A stretch of DNA of 64,000 bases from an uncultured Acidobacteriota bacterium (GTDB taxonomy: Bacteria > Acidobacteriota > Thermoanaerobaculia > UBA5066 > Gp7-AA6), in the NCBI GenBank assembly GCA_963764715.1, contig CAVXTP010000022.1, forward strand, positions 416,001 to 480,000, given 5' to 3'. A program made the position numbers and the translations under genes. Of the stretch, positions 56,245-64,000 are shown piece after piece. The first letter of the stretch is position 1. Each line of letters opens with the position of its first letter. Under the pieces are notes generated by a model that had not been told where the DNA came from, ran no database searches, and was given only the letters and a program-made list of their open reading frames with translations.

Positions 56245-58284
56245 GCCGTCGACGCCCGTTCGACTTCGACGCGCGCGTCGTTGAAGCAGGCGCCGCCGGC
56301 GAGGTCGGTCAGCGTGTCCGGCGCGAGGGCGTTGGCCGTCGTGCCGCTGTCGGTGTTGTGGGCCCAGATCCCCTTGGGCAGGAGAACGACGCCGGGGCGC
56401 AGCGGCGCTCGCACGCGCGCCCGGCAGCGGACCTCGCCGAGCTCGTTGAAGACGCGCACGGGCTCGCCCGTCCGCGATTCCGCGGGCGGCGGCGTCCTCG
56501 GGATGGAGCTCGAGCGGGACCTGCGGAGCGATGGAGCTCGCCGAGGGTCGAGCTGATCGTCCGGTCCGTCGCCGGCGAGATCAGCGCGAGCGGAAAGCGC
56601 GCCGCTGCCGGGATCGGGCCGGTAGCCATAGAGCCCTCCCGGGGCCTCCGCGTCGAGGGCCTCGGGCACGAGATGCACCCGCCGTCCGCGCGTCTGCGGG
56701 AAGACGTCGACGAACTGGACCGGCGTCGGGCCTTCCGGCGGGACTGGCGTCGTCGCCACGCCCGGCCGCCGCCCGAAGCTCCCCGCCGCGCCGCGACGAG
56801 CCGTACAGCGCGTCGGCGAGCTCCTCCGCCGTCTCGGGGTCGCCCGGCTTCGCCACGCCCGTCCGGCGGCAGAGCTCGGCGAAGACCTCGTGGTTCGGCC
56901 GGGCCTCGCCGTGGGGCGGGACGACCGCCTCGGCATCCTGGAGAACGAGCGCGCCGTAACCGCGGCGAGATCTCGCGGCGCTCGAGAAACGTCGCGGCCG
57001 GCAGGATCACGTCGGCGTAGCGCGCCGTGTCCGTCAGGACCGGATCGAAGACCACCGTGAAGAGGTCCTCGCGGGACAGAGCCGGCGCGGACTTTTTCCT
57101 GCGCCGGGATCGTCATCAGCGGATTCGAGTTGTAGACGAACAGCAGGTCGACGGACTCCGAGCCGGTCGCGGCCAGCGTTTCGCCCAGCCGGTTCATGTT
57201 GACGAGGCGCGTCGCGGGCTCGACCGCCGCGGCGCCGGCCAGGCCCTTCAGCTCCCGCCACGCGGAGGAGTTGCGACATGGTGTAGCCGCCGCCGCGGAC
57301 GCCGAATTTCCCGGCCACGGCCGGCAGCGCGAGGATCGCCGCCGTCGCCGAGCCGCCGCTGCGGCTGCGCTCCGGCCCCCAGCCGCACTTGAGAGCCGCC
57401 GGGGACGAGTCGGCGTAGAGGGAGGCGAACTTCTCGATGTCCGACGCCGGGACGCGCGTCTCGGCCGCGGCCCGCTTCAGCGTCCACGCGGATGCGCGGC
57501 GCTCGAGCTCGGCGGCGCCCGTCGCGTGCGCCTCGAGAAACGCGCGGTCGGCCCGGCCGTTCGCGAAGAGCCACCGGATGACCGCGAGGGCGAGCGGCAG
57601 ATCGGTTCCGGGATGCGGAGCGAGATGGAGGTCGGCCCGTTCGGCCACGCGGGTTCGCCGCGGATCGACGACGACGAGGCGGGCCCCGTTCCGCTGCGCC
57701 TCCTGGACGTACGGCAGGAGGTGAATGCCCGAGACCGAGGGATTGACGCCCCAGAGGACGATCAGCTTCGCCCGCGCGTAATCCGGATAAGCGATGCCCG
57801 TCATCTTCCCGTACAGGCCGGCGTTGGCGGCGGTCGACGGCGCGGCGCAGACGGTCCGGGCGAGGCGCGAGGCCCCCAGGCGGTAGAAGAGCCGGGCGTC
57901 GGTCGTGTCCTGCGAAAGGTACCCGTTGGAGCCGCCGTAGGAGAACGGGAGGATGCCCTCTCCCCCCCGGCCGTCGCGCACCGTCTTCAGCCGGCGAGCC
58001 ACGAGGTCGAGCGTCTGGTCCCAGGACGCGCGCTCGAACCTCCCCTCGCCCTTCTTGCCCGCTCGGATGCCGGGGTGGAGGATGCGTGCCTCGCCGTACA
58101 TGTGCCGCGGGAACTCCCGCACCTTGGCGCAGATGTAGCCCTGCGTCACGGGGTTGACTCGGGAGCCTCCGATCTCGACGACCCGGCCGCCCTCGACGGT
58201 GACGTCGAGGCTGCAGGCGTCCGGACAGTCGAGCGGGCAGGCGCTCGCGACGTGCCGCGCCGACTCTCCGGGCCCGGAGCTCAT
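56241..58284 (-). pseudogene. Molybdopterin-dependent oxidoreductase (4Fe-4S N-terminus), interrupted by about 7 single-base insertions
   Basis: CPLDCPDAC..C, LIVLWGVNP, VVVDPRRT, TDTARYADVILPAATFLE, C-terminal NAL....LTD..GG..FND.RV. The reading frame switches repeatedly between 57275 and 56470. Confidence 0.85.
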
Positions 58285-60077
58285 CCCGTGAACTCCAGGA
58301 TGCGGTCCACGCTGTCCACCGAGATGGGATGGTAACCCGGCCGGGCCTTGCGGTAGATGGCGAGGCTGCGCTCGCGGCCGTCGGGAGCGGCCTTCGCGAG
58401 CTCCTCGTAGAGCGGCTTGATGTACTTCCGGCGGCCGATCGAGACGAGGAACGCCTCGAGCCGGGCGTCCGCCGCGCGGTACCCGGCGCGAATGGACATC
58501 AGGAGCCACTGGAAGGCGACCTCGTTGTTTCCGGTCGAGGTCAACCGGAAGGCCTCGTCGAGCTCCCGCATCCGGTCGAGAGGAAGCGGCGTCGGAAGCT
58601 TCCGGAGAAACGCCAGGCGCTCCTGCGTCGCCCAGCCGCCGAAGGGCACGTCGGCGGCGCGCAGGGTCCCGGCGCTCCACGCGTCGGCGCGGCGTCCCAC
58701 CTCGACGAGCCTCTCCGAGACGGGACGCGGCGCCTCGTCCGGCAGGCCCGGCGCCTCCGTCCACTTCTCGAGCGGCACCTTCGCGGCGAGGCGACCGTCC
58801 TTCGAGAGGAGGTTCTCCCTCAGGTACGCGAGGAAGTCGGCGGTCGTGATGCTCTGGAATGCGAAGTGGTCGAAGTAACCACGGAGGAACTCGTCGAAGG
58901 GGCCGCGGCCGTAGAGATCCTCCAGAGAGCGCAGGAAGAGGCAGCCCTTCTCGTACGGAACGCGGGTGGCGCCGTCGTCGGGGTCCCGTCCCCCGAGGTC
59001 GATGTGCAGGATCTCGTCGCGGTCCTCGAGGCGCGCGATCTCGTCCTCGAGGTCCTGGCGCCCGAGCACCGCCTCCATCCGCGCGAAATCCGCGCCGTAG
59101 ACGTCCTCGCTGATGCGCCGCTCGAGATACGTCGTGAAGCCCTCGTTCAGCCAGAAGTCGCTCCAGGTCGCGTTGGTCACGAGATTGCCCGACCACGAGT
59201 GCGCGAGCTCGTGGGCGATGAGCGACACGAGGCTGCGGTCCCCGGCGAGGACCGTCGGCGTCGCGAACGTGAGGCGCGGATTCTCCATCCCTCCGAACGG
59301 AAAGCTCGGGGGCAGGACCAGGATGTCGTAGCGGTCCCACCGGTACGGCCCGTACAGGCGCTCGGCCGACTCCATCATCCGCTCGGTGTCGGCGAACTCG
59401 TGGGCGCTCGCCGCGAGGAGGGAGGGCTCCGCGTAGACGCCCGAGCGGGGGCCGAGAGGCGCGAACTCGAGGTCCCCGGCGGCGATGGCGAGCAGGTACG
59501 CCGGGATCCGTTGCGGCATCGAGAACCGGTACGTCCCTCCGCGCTCCCGGGTCGGGTTGCCGGCCGCGCTCATCACGGCCACGAGCTCGGGCGGCGTCCG
59601 GATCGTCGCGCCGTACGTGATCCGGACCTGCGGCGTGTCCTGGATCGGGATCCAGCTGCGGGCGTGGATCGCCTGGGATTGCGAGAAGAGAAACGGGTGT
59701 TTCTTGCCCGCCGTCTGCGGCGGAGTGAGCCACTGGAGGCCCGAGGCGCCCGGGCGGGTCGCGTAGCGGACGCGCACCCGGTCGGCGCCCGGGGGAAGAG
59801 CGATCGTCAGCGGCGATCCCAGGATCGGGTCGGCCGGCCCCACCTCGAACCGCGCGGGCGCGAGCGAGGCCCCGCTTCCAGCCTCGACCCCGGACACGTC
59901 GAGGCCGCGGGTGTCGAGAACGAGGCTCGCGGCCGCCGGGTCGACGCGCTCGACCGTCAGCGTCGCGGTGCCCTCGAGGATCCGGCGCTCGAACCGGACG
60001 TCGAGGTCGAGGTCGGCGTGACGGACGCGGATCCGCGCCGGGTCGGAGTACGAATGAACGTCGCGGGCCGCGGTCAT
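58281..60077 (-). CDS. M1 family aminopeptidase (leukotriene A4 hydrolase-like)
   Basis: GGMEN, HELAHSW.GN...W...WLNEG.T.Y, PYEKG, IGRRK motifs. Confidence 0.95.
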   Translation of the reverse strand: MTAARDVHSYSDPARIRVRHADLDLDVRFERRILEGTATLTVERVDPAAASLVLDTRGLDVSGVEAGSGASLAPARFEVGPADPILGSPLTIALPPGADRVRVRYATRPGASGLQWLTPPQTAGKKHPFLFSQSQAIHARSWIPIQDTPQVRITYGATIRTPPELVAVMSAAGNPTRERGGTYRFSMPQRIPAYLLAIAAGDLEFAPLGPRSGVYAEPSLLAASAHEFADTERMMESAERLYGPYRWDRYDILVLPPSFPFGGMENPRLTFATPTVLAGDRSLVSLIAHELAHSWSGNLVTNATWSDFWLNEGFTTYLERRISEDVYGADFARMEAVLGRQDLEDEIARLEDRDEILHIDLGGRDPDDGATRVPYEKGCLFLRSLEDLYGRGPFDEFLRGYFDHFAFQSITTADFLAYLRENLLSKDGRLAAKVPLEKWTEAPGLPDEAPRPVSERLVEVGRRADAWSAGTLRAADVPFGGWATQERLAFLRKLPTPLPLDRMRELDEAFRLTSTGNNEVAFQWLLMSIRAGYRAADARLEAFLVSIGRRKYIKPLYEELAKAAPDGRERSLAIYRKARPGYHPISVDSVDRILEFTG

Positions 60078-60094
60078 GGCCCGCAGAGAGTAGC

Positions 60095-60128
60095 AAAAAA
60101 AGGGGCGCGCCCCCGGAGGAGGCGCGCC
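60095..60128 (-). terminator. Rho-independent terminator downstream of the Asr-like gene
   Basis: Minus strand GGCGCGCC..loop..GGCGCGCC followed by CC and T7. Confidence 0.8.
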
Positions 60129-60156
60129 AATCGAATGGAGCGCGAAGAGGAAGGCG

Positions 60157-60393
60157 TTACTGCTTGGCAGCCGGCGTCGCCGCGGGCTTGGGAGCCTCGG
60201 TCGACTTCTTCGTGGTGCTCTTCTTGTGGTGGGTCGTCGACTTGTGCGTGGTCTTCGCGGAGGCGTCGGACTTCGGAGCGTCGGTCGCAGCCGGGGCCGG
60301 CTTCGGCGTGGCGGCCGGGGCCGAGGACGACTGCTGCGCGGACGCGGCGACGGGGAGCGCCAGGGCGAGGACGAGGGCCAGGGACTTCTTCAT
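60157..60393 (-). CDS. Small secreted Ala/Lys/His/Thr-rich protein, Asr (acid shock protein)-like
   Basis: Signal MKKSLALVLALALPVAASA; KTTHKSTTHHKKSTTKK; C-terminal KPAATPAAKQ; AAGGAG RBS and its own terminator. Confidence 0.7.
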   Translation of the reverse strand: MKKSLALVLALALPVAASAQQSSSAPAATPKPAPAATDAPKSDASAKTTHKSTTHHKKSTTKKSTEAPKPAATPAAKQ

Positions 60394-60530
60394 TTTCATC
60401 TCTCCTTTGGACGCGGTGCCTGCTTGCCACGCGTCACGCTGCCGAAGGTACGCGGGCGGAGATGAACGGCCGATGAACGGCCGGGCCGGAGATAGAATCT
60501 CCGCCGCTTCCCCCGTCCGAAGGAGCTCGC

Positions 60531-62750
60531 ATGCGCCAGAGCCTGATCTTCGCCGCCGCCACGCTCGGACCGGTCCTCCTCGCCTCCCTCGGCGCCGGGT
60601 CCCCGCCCGAAGCGGCCCCGGCGCCTCCCGATTCGCCGTCGCGGCCCGTCACCGACCGTTACTTCGACGTCGAGGTCACGGACGGCTTCCGCTGGCTCGA
60701 AGACTGGACCGATCCCGCCGTGAAGACCTGGAGCGAGGGCCAGAACGGTTTCGCCCGGTTCGTCCTCGACGGGCTCCCCGGCGTCGCCGCCCTGCGGGAG
60801 CGCGTCCGGGCGATCGCTCAGTTCCCGTCCCCGGGGTATTCCTCGATCGTCCGGCGCGGGAAGACCCTCTTCGCGATCAAGAACCAGCCGCCGAAGCAGC
60901 AGAGCTTTCTCGTGGCTCTCCCCTCCGCCGAGGACCCGGCCGGCGAGCGGACGCTCGTCGATCCCAACGCCCTCGACTCCAAGGGGGGCGTGGCCATCGA
61001 CTGGTTCGTGCCCTCCTTCGACGGCCGGCTCGTCGCCGTCTCGCTCTCGGAGGGAGGAAGCGAGGCGGGCAACCTCCGCGTCTACGAGACGTCGACCGGC
61101 CGCGCCCTCGCCGACGCCATCCCGCGGGTCAACGGCGGCACCGCCGGCGGCGACGTGGCGTGGAACGGCGACGGCAGCGGGTTCTTCTATACGCGCTACC
61201 CGCGCCAAGGCGAACGGAGCCCGGCCGACCTCGACTTCTACCAGCAGGTCTACTTCCACCGCCTCGGCACGCCGGCCACGGACGACGCCTACGCCGTGGG
61301 GAAGGAATTCCCGCGGATCGCGGAGACGACCCTCGAGTCTTCCGAGGACGGCCGGTTCGTCCTCGCGTCCGTCAAGAACGGAGACGGCGGCGACGAGTCG
61401 CAGTACCTTCGCGCGCCCGACGGGAAGTGGACGCGGCTCGCCGGCGATGCCGACCGGGTCGTGGACGGCCGCTTCGCCGCCGACGGCTCGCTCTACCTGC
61501 TCTCACGGCTCGACGCTCCCCGGGGCCGGATCCTTCACCTCGCCGCGGGCCGGACCGATCTCGCCTCGGCCCGCGTCCTCGTTCCCGAGGGCGACGCCTC
61601 GATCGAGGGCTTCTGCCTGACGGAGAACCGGATCTTCGTCCAGGAGCTCACCGGCGGGCCCTCGCGCCTGCGCGCCGTCGGAAGGGACGGCCGGACGGTC
61701 TCGACCGTTCCGATCCTGCCGACCTCCTCGGTCTCCGACCTCGCCTCGGCCGGGGACGACTCCGTCCTCTTCCAGAACCAGAGCGCGCTCGTCCCGCCGG
61801 CCTGGTATCGCGCCTCGGCCGACGGGAAGGTCGCGAAGACCGCGCTCGTTCGCCGGTCTCCGGTCGATTTCTCCGACTGCGAGGTCGTTCGCGAGTGGGC
61901 CGTCTCGCGGGACGGGACCCGCGTGCCGATCGACGTCCTGCGCCGGAAGGGCACGACGCTCGACGGCAACAACCCCGTGCTCCTCTACGGCTACGGCGGC
62001 TACTCGATCAGCCAGAAGCCGGCCTACTCCGCCATGCGCCGGGTGTGGCTCGAGCAGGGCGGCGTCTTCGCCGTCGCCGGGCTCCGCGGCGGGGGCGAGT
62101 TCGGAGACGAGTGGCACCGGGCCGGCCACCGCACCCGCAAGCAGAACGTGTTCGACGACTTCGCCGCCTGCGCCCGTCGGCTCATCGAGCTCGGCTACAC
62201 GAGACCCTCCCGCCTCGGGATCGAGGGCGGCTCGAACGGGGGCCTCCTCATGGGGGCGGCGTTCGCCCAGCATCCCGATCTCTTCGGGGCGGTCGTCGCC
62301 CACGTCGGCATCTACGACATGCTCCGGGTCGAGATCTCGGCCAACGGGCAGTACAACGTGACGGAGTTCGGGACCGTGAAGAACCCGGACGAGTTCCAGG
62401 CGCTCTATGCCTACTCCCCGTACCATCACGTCAAGGCGGGAACCTCGTATCCGCCGGTCCTGTTCATGACGGGGGCCAACGACGCGCGCGTCGACCCGAT
62501 GCAGTCGCGCAAGATGACGGCCCTCATGCAGAGCGGCGGCGCGAAGCGGGGGTCGGTGCTGCTCCGAACGAGCGCCTCCTCGGGCCACGGCATCGGCAGC
62601 TCGCTCGACGAGAAGACGGCCCAGGCCGTCGACGTCTACGCGTTCCTGTTCGCGAAGCTGGACGTGACCTACCGCCCGACGCCCGCCTCCCCTCCCCCCG
62701 GGCGGGGGGAGGGGGCCGGGACGGAGGAAGCGGTCAGAACCGGACGGTGA
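60531..62750 (+). CDS. Secreted prolyl oligopeptidase (S9A)
   Basis: D.FRWLED, LYGYGG, RGGGEFG..WH, GGSNGGLL (nucleophile Ser), DARV, GHG; signal peptide. Confidence 0.95.
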   Translation: MRQSLIFAAATLGPVLLASLGAGSPPEAAPAPPDSPSRPVTDRYFDVEVTDGFRWLEDWTDPAVKTWSEGQNGFARFVLDGLPGVAALRERVRAIAQFPSPGYSSIVRRGKTLFAIKNQPPKQQSFLVALPSAEDPAGERTLVDPNALDSKGGVAIDWFVPSFDGRLVAVSLSEGGSEAGNLRVYETSTGRALADAIPRVNGGTAGGDVAWNGDGSGFFYTRYPRQGERSPADLDFYQQVYFHRLGTPATDDAYAVGKEFPRIAETTLESSEDGRFVLASVKNGDGGDESQYLRAPDGKWTRLAGDADRVVDGRFAADGSLYLLSRLDAPRGRILHLAAGRTDLASARVLVPEGDASIEGFCLTENRIFVQELTGGPSRLRAVGRDGRTVSTVPILPTSSVSDLASAGDDSVLFQNQSALVPPAWYRASADGKVAKTALVRRSPVDFSDCEVVREWAVSRDGTRVPIDVLRRKGTTLDGNNPVLLYGYGGYSISQKPAYSAMRRVWLEQGGVFAVAGLRGGGEFGDEWHRAGHRTRKQNVFDDFAACARRLIELGYTRPSRLGIEGGSNGGLLMGAAFAQHPDLFGAVVAHVGIYDMLRVEISANGQYNVTEFGTVKNPDEFQALYAYSPYHHVKAGTSYPPVLFMTGANDARVDPMQSRKMTALMQSGGAKRGSVLLRTSASSGHGIGSSLDEKTAQAVDVYAFLFAKLDVTYRPTPASPPPGRGEGAGTEEAVRTGR
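62688..62727. repeat. REP-like palindromic element within the 3' end of the oligopeptidase gene
   Basis: CCCCTCCCCCC-gggc-GGGGGGAGGGG followed by GCCGGGACGGAGG. Confidence 0.5.
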
Positions 62751-64000
62751 GCTGCGCGGTCACCCCGCGCGGGGCCGCCACGTAGAACTGGCTGTCGCCG
62801 ATCTCGCTCTCGGTCGTGTAGTGCCGGGAGTCGCCGAGGTTGCGGCCGATCACGGCGATCTGGAAGTGCTCGAGGCTGTACGACAGGCCGGCGTCCGTTT
62901 CGTAGAACGACGGCGTGTAGAAGGTGTTGCGGCGGTTCAGGGGCCGATGGTTCTGATGACGCACGGCCACGAACCCGCCGATCCCCTTCGGGGGCGCCAG
63001 GACGAACTTGAAGTTCCAGAAGTCCCGCGGATCGAGCTCGACCTGCTTGCCGTCGACGACACGGTATTGCCCGTCCGGCGTGAAGAACGAGAACTGCTTG
63101 AAGCGCGAGTCGTGGTGGGCGTAGCCGCCGTAGAGCGAGAGGTTCTCGACGAACGGGAGGGCGTAGCCGATCTCCACTTCCGTGCCCTGGAAACGGACCT
63201 TGCCGGCGTTCGTCAGCGCGGGTCCGTCCGGCGTCAGCGTCCCGACGACGAGGTTGCTGAAGATCATGTGGAACCAGGTCACGTTGAAGGACAGCTTCCC
63301 GCAGAGCCAGAGGGTCTTGAGTCCCGCTTCCTGCGTGTTGGTCGTCTCGGGCTCGAGGATCTCGGCGTCTTCGGCCTCCGTCAGGTTCGGCGCGGCCGGC
63401 TTGAAGTTGCGCCGGGCCGCGCCGTAAAGGCTGACGCCCGACAGGTAGTCGTTCGGCCGGTCCACGATCTGGAAGAGACCGGAGACGCCCCAGGAGAATT
63501 TGTTGACGTTCTTCGAATCCGTGGCTTCGTCGAACTCGGGGTCGCCGATCTCCTGCTGGAAGACGTGGAGCGTCTCCTTCGTGAAGTCCTCGCGGCCCCC
63601 GACCGTCAGCGTGAACCATTCGATCGGCGTCCACTGGTCGTTGACGTAGAGGCCGATGAACGTCCGCTCGTCCTTGAAGTTGCGGTTGTCCCCGAACGGG
63701 AACGAGCCGTAGACCGGGACGACCTGCGGATCGATCTGGAAGTTGAAGTCGAAGCCGTGGCCCTCGGCCGTCGTCTGGCCCCAGGTCAGGGCGGCTCCGG
63801 CCACGAGCTGGTGTTTGCCTGCGGCGTCGAACCGCGCGGTGACGTGGGCGTCGTCGTAGACCACCGTCTCCTTGGGATAGAGCGCGATGCCCTCGGAGGT
63901 CCCCGTATTGCCGTTCACGGAGGTCATCCAGGAGCGGATCTGGCCCTGGTTGTCGTTGGTCACGCCGAGGATGTTCTCGAACGTCAGGTTCGAATTGATC
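62734..64000 (-). CDS. TonB-dependent outer-membrane receptor, C-terminal part (5' end outside window)
   Basis: Beta-barrel pattern, LEPE....E.G.K, RNL.D..Y, and a C-terminal Phe (LTVRF); the frame is open to the window edge. Confidence 0.88.
   Translation of the reverse strand, partial: INSNLTFENILGVTNDNQGQIRSWMTSVNGNTGTSEGIALYPKETVVYDDAHVTARFDAAGKHQLVAGAALTWGQTTAEGHGFDFNFQIDPQVVPVYGSFPFGDNRNFKDERTFIGLYVNDQWTPIEWFTLTVGGREDFTKETLHVFQQEIGDPEFDEATDSKNVNKFSWGVSGLFQIVDRPNDYLSGVSLYGAARRNFKPAAPNLTEAEDAEILEPETTNTQEAGLKTLWLCGKLSFNVTWFHMIFSNLVVGTLTPDGPALTNAGKVRFQGTEVEIGYALPFVENLSLYGGYAHHDSRFKQFSFFTPDGQYRVVDGKQVELDPRDFWNFKFVLAPPKGIGGFVAVRHQNHRPLNRRNTFYTPSFYETDAGLSYSLEHFQIAVIGRNLGDSRHYTTESEIGDSQFYVAAPRGVTAQLTVRF

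Noticed and set aside
56460-57280. Programmed frameshifting or recoding in the Mo-oxidoreductase
   Set aside because: Seven shifts without slippery sequences or an in-frame UGA/SECIS are implausible as recoding.
57034-60096. 1020-aa ORF as an N-terminally extended molybdoenzyme
   Set aside because: The first ~600 aa are an alternate frame of the M1 peptidase. The real start is ATG 58284.

Overview
A very GC-rich bacterial chromosomal segment (about 70% GC by eye). It is most consistent with Acidobacteriota, probably Thermoanaerobaculia-like; this is inferred from the Cys-containing S-layer-homology proteins, the diderm envelope genes and the gene content. It holds about 50 genes, mostly housekeeping: HU/IHF, dtd, murJ, ssb, nagZ, mutS, tsaB, rimI, psd-pssA, hutU-hutH, purA, tRNA-Lys(UUU), acnA, a complete glutamyl-tRNA-to-heme pathway split into two clusters (hemX-A-C-D-B-L and hemE-N-H-Y), peptidases, transporters and a partial TonB-dependent receptor. 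The most notable items are: (i) two paralogous ATPase-less MshEN (c-di-GMP-binding) proteins flanking an HU/IHF gene; (ii) an accessory block after tRNA-Lys with two beta-propeller proteins bearing Cys-rich SLH-like anchors, a Cys-rich PAS-LuxR regulator, methyltransferases and a deleted methyltransferase remnant; (iii) a very large membrane histidine kinase coupled to a lipoprotein; (iv) many apparently leaderless promoters; (v) an Asr-like small secreted protein; (vi) a molybdopterin oxidoreductase with about 7 single-base insertions, probably a sequencing artefact. I saw no CRISPR array, integrase or transposase. All calls come from reading motifs by eye; no database search was run.
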